A DNA stretch of 64,000 nt, taken from NCBI GenBank assembly GCA_051362555.1, contig JBPQGU010000016.1, forward strand, positions 806,001 through 870,000, in the 5' to 3' direction. The notes beneath the pieces were generated by a model, which worked only from the letters and a program-made list of their open reading frames with translations, had not been told where the DNA came from and made no database searches. Shown piece after piece: positions 62,501 to 64,000 of the stretch; position 1 is the first letter of the stretch, and the number at the start of each line of letters is the position of its first letter. This stretch comes from Lingula anatina. Lineage: Eukaryota > Animalia > Brachiopoda. Both the position numbers and the translations under genes were made by a program.

Positions 62501-62854
62501 GAGTTCCAAATTCCATAAACCTGTAAAACTATCCTCGTGAAAGTGTTTTATGTTGTTCCCTCCGACATACAGTGCTTTCAGTCCCTCCAGTTGGTTAAAT
62601 GCGTGCGGTGGGATCTCAGACAGACCGGTGTAGCGTAGATCCAGTACAGTTGTATTACGTGGTATAGCTATCTCCAGGGGCAGGGCACGGATTGGACTGT
62701 AAGAGCAGTTGAGAATCCCCTGTGACCAGGACGTAAAATCACAGTGACATGGCGCCGGGCATCTCTGAGCCTTGAAACCTCCACAACTAACAATGAAATT
62801 CACCAAACACCACAGATACAGAATAAAGTAACCATTTCCTGGCATCGTGGACAT
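59531..62854 (-). CDS. Toll-like receptor copy C (exon 62854-60669; TIR exon 60053-59531), 902 aa
   Basis: Same structure and splice sites as copy A; first ATG at 62854 (MSTMPG). Confidence 0.93.
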
Positions 62855-63650
62855 TTCAGTTATCGGCAATCTGGGCTCCCTTTTTGCGAGTAAGGAATGA
62901 TTCACATACACAATTTTTTTACTAAACAGCCACTCATGCAGTCACATTCTATAATTCCACATGAAACTCTCCTCTTAAGATAGGGCCAAATTATGGCGAC
63001 GGGCTTTTTTATAGGCATTTATATATATTTATGGACTACATAAACATTTATCTAAGCTTACACATTGTATTACTCTTCTACTTTGGTTGTGAATTTGACG
63101 AGGATTATACACGAACAATTAACTAAATGTAGTACTTTCTCTGGGTCTTTTATCCAATATGTTTTTCTTCCTGGTTTTGAAGAGATCGGTTGACATTTTT
63201 AAAAGAAAATTCAATATGTTTATACATGTACAGACTTATTAAAAGCGTTTAGAGTGTAGAATCAACACCGTGTTTCCATTGCGCTCCTTTATGTTCACAA
63301 CCACAAGTCACGATCTCACGCGTATGGAACACCGTGCCCCTTTAATACCTTGCGAAATGACGTTTTTTAACATTTGCTGAAACCAGAACGCATTGATGAA
63401 AATGAAGAATGTGAGAAAAAAAAGATAAGGAAACCTTAGAACAAAGAAAGTGCGATTACACCCACCGCAAGAGATTTTTGACGTGTTCTCCACCCTTCCC
63501 CCCAAGTTCATCAGGAAGCTTTTTTTTTCTATATACTTCTACATATTAAAATTTATGTAAATCAAATAACTTATGCTCTCACACAACTGTACCAGACCCT
63601 CTCCCTCGACACCTGAGTGTGTACAATTCTTTTGTTTGCCAACAGCTGTG

Positions 63651-63687
63651 GGGAATTCCCTCTTCATCCACCGAACTTTTTGATTGG
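63651..63687 (-). promoter_or_regulatory. NF-kappaB site plus CCAAT box upstream of TLR copy C
   Basis: GGGAATTCCC 63651-63660, retained despite a diverged flank. Confidence 0.6.
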
Positions 63688-64000
63688 ACAGTCTTTGTTG
63701 AGGTGAAACAACGTAAGTGTATTGTCTCTTGAATGAAGGCAAAATCATTTAGTGCAGGGATATTTTCTACTATATTTTTTTACGAATTAATGTTCTATTT
63801 ATTTCTCATCAAATACGAAATACAGTATTGGTAACCCGGAAAAAAACATATTACAATCGATGTAAGGTAGCTTTTGTTTAGTCTAAATAACCTTTTTGCA
63901 TCTGTGTTGCGTTAAATCATGGAATAAGTTCACGAGGAACGTTTCATTATCAAAATGTGTGTCCGGATGAAGTGGAGACAATTCCATGTGTTTCAAAGTT

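Overview
AT-rich invertebrate animal genomic DNA, probably lophotrochozoan (inference). (1) A complete Smoothened gene on + has 11 coding exons (10247-20304, about 894 aa when spliced). Two of its splice donors have been tandemly amplified, and each amplification was then hit by a MITE. (2) Two DINE-1/Helentron-type non-autonomous elements (24.6-27.0 kb, 27.2-33.9 kb) carry 161-bp tandem repeats. (3) A tandem cluster of three two-exon Toll-like receptor genes lies on -, each 902 aa when spliced, with a kappaB+CCAAT module upstream. (4) The middle TLR is split by a full-length 8.0-kb Ngaro-type tyrosine-recombinase retrotransposon with split direct repeats A-B-A-B. It encodes an SGNH hydrolase upstream of gag, a 71-bp hairpin array, gag, RT/RNase H with one in-frame TAG, and YR. 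It integrated through a 3-nt AAA core, so precise excision would restore the TLR frame. All calls are from manual reading; no database searches were run.
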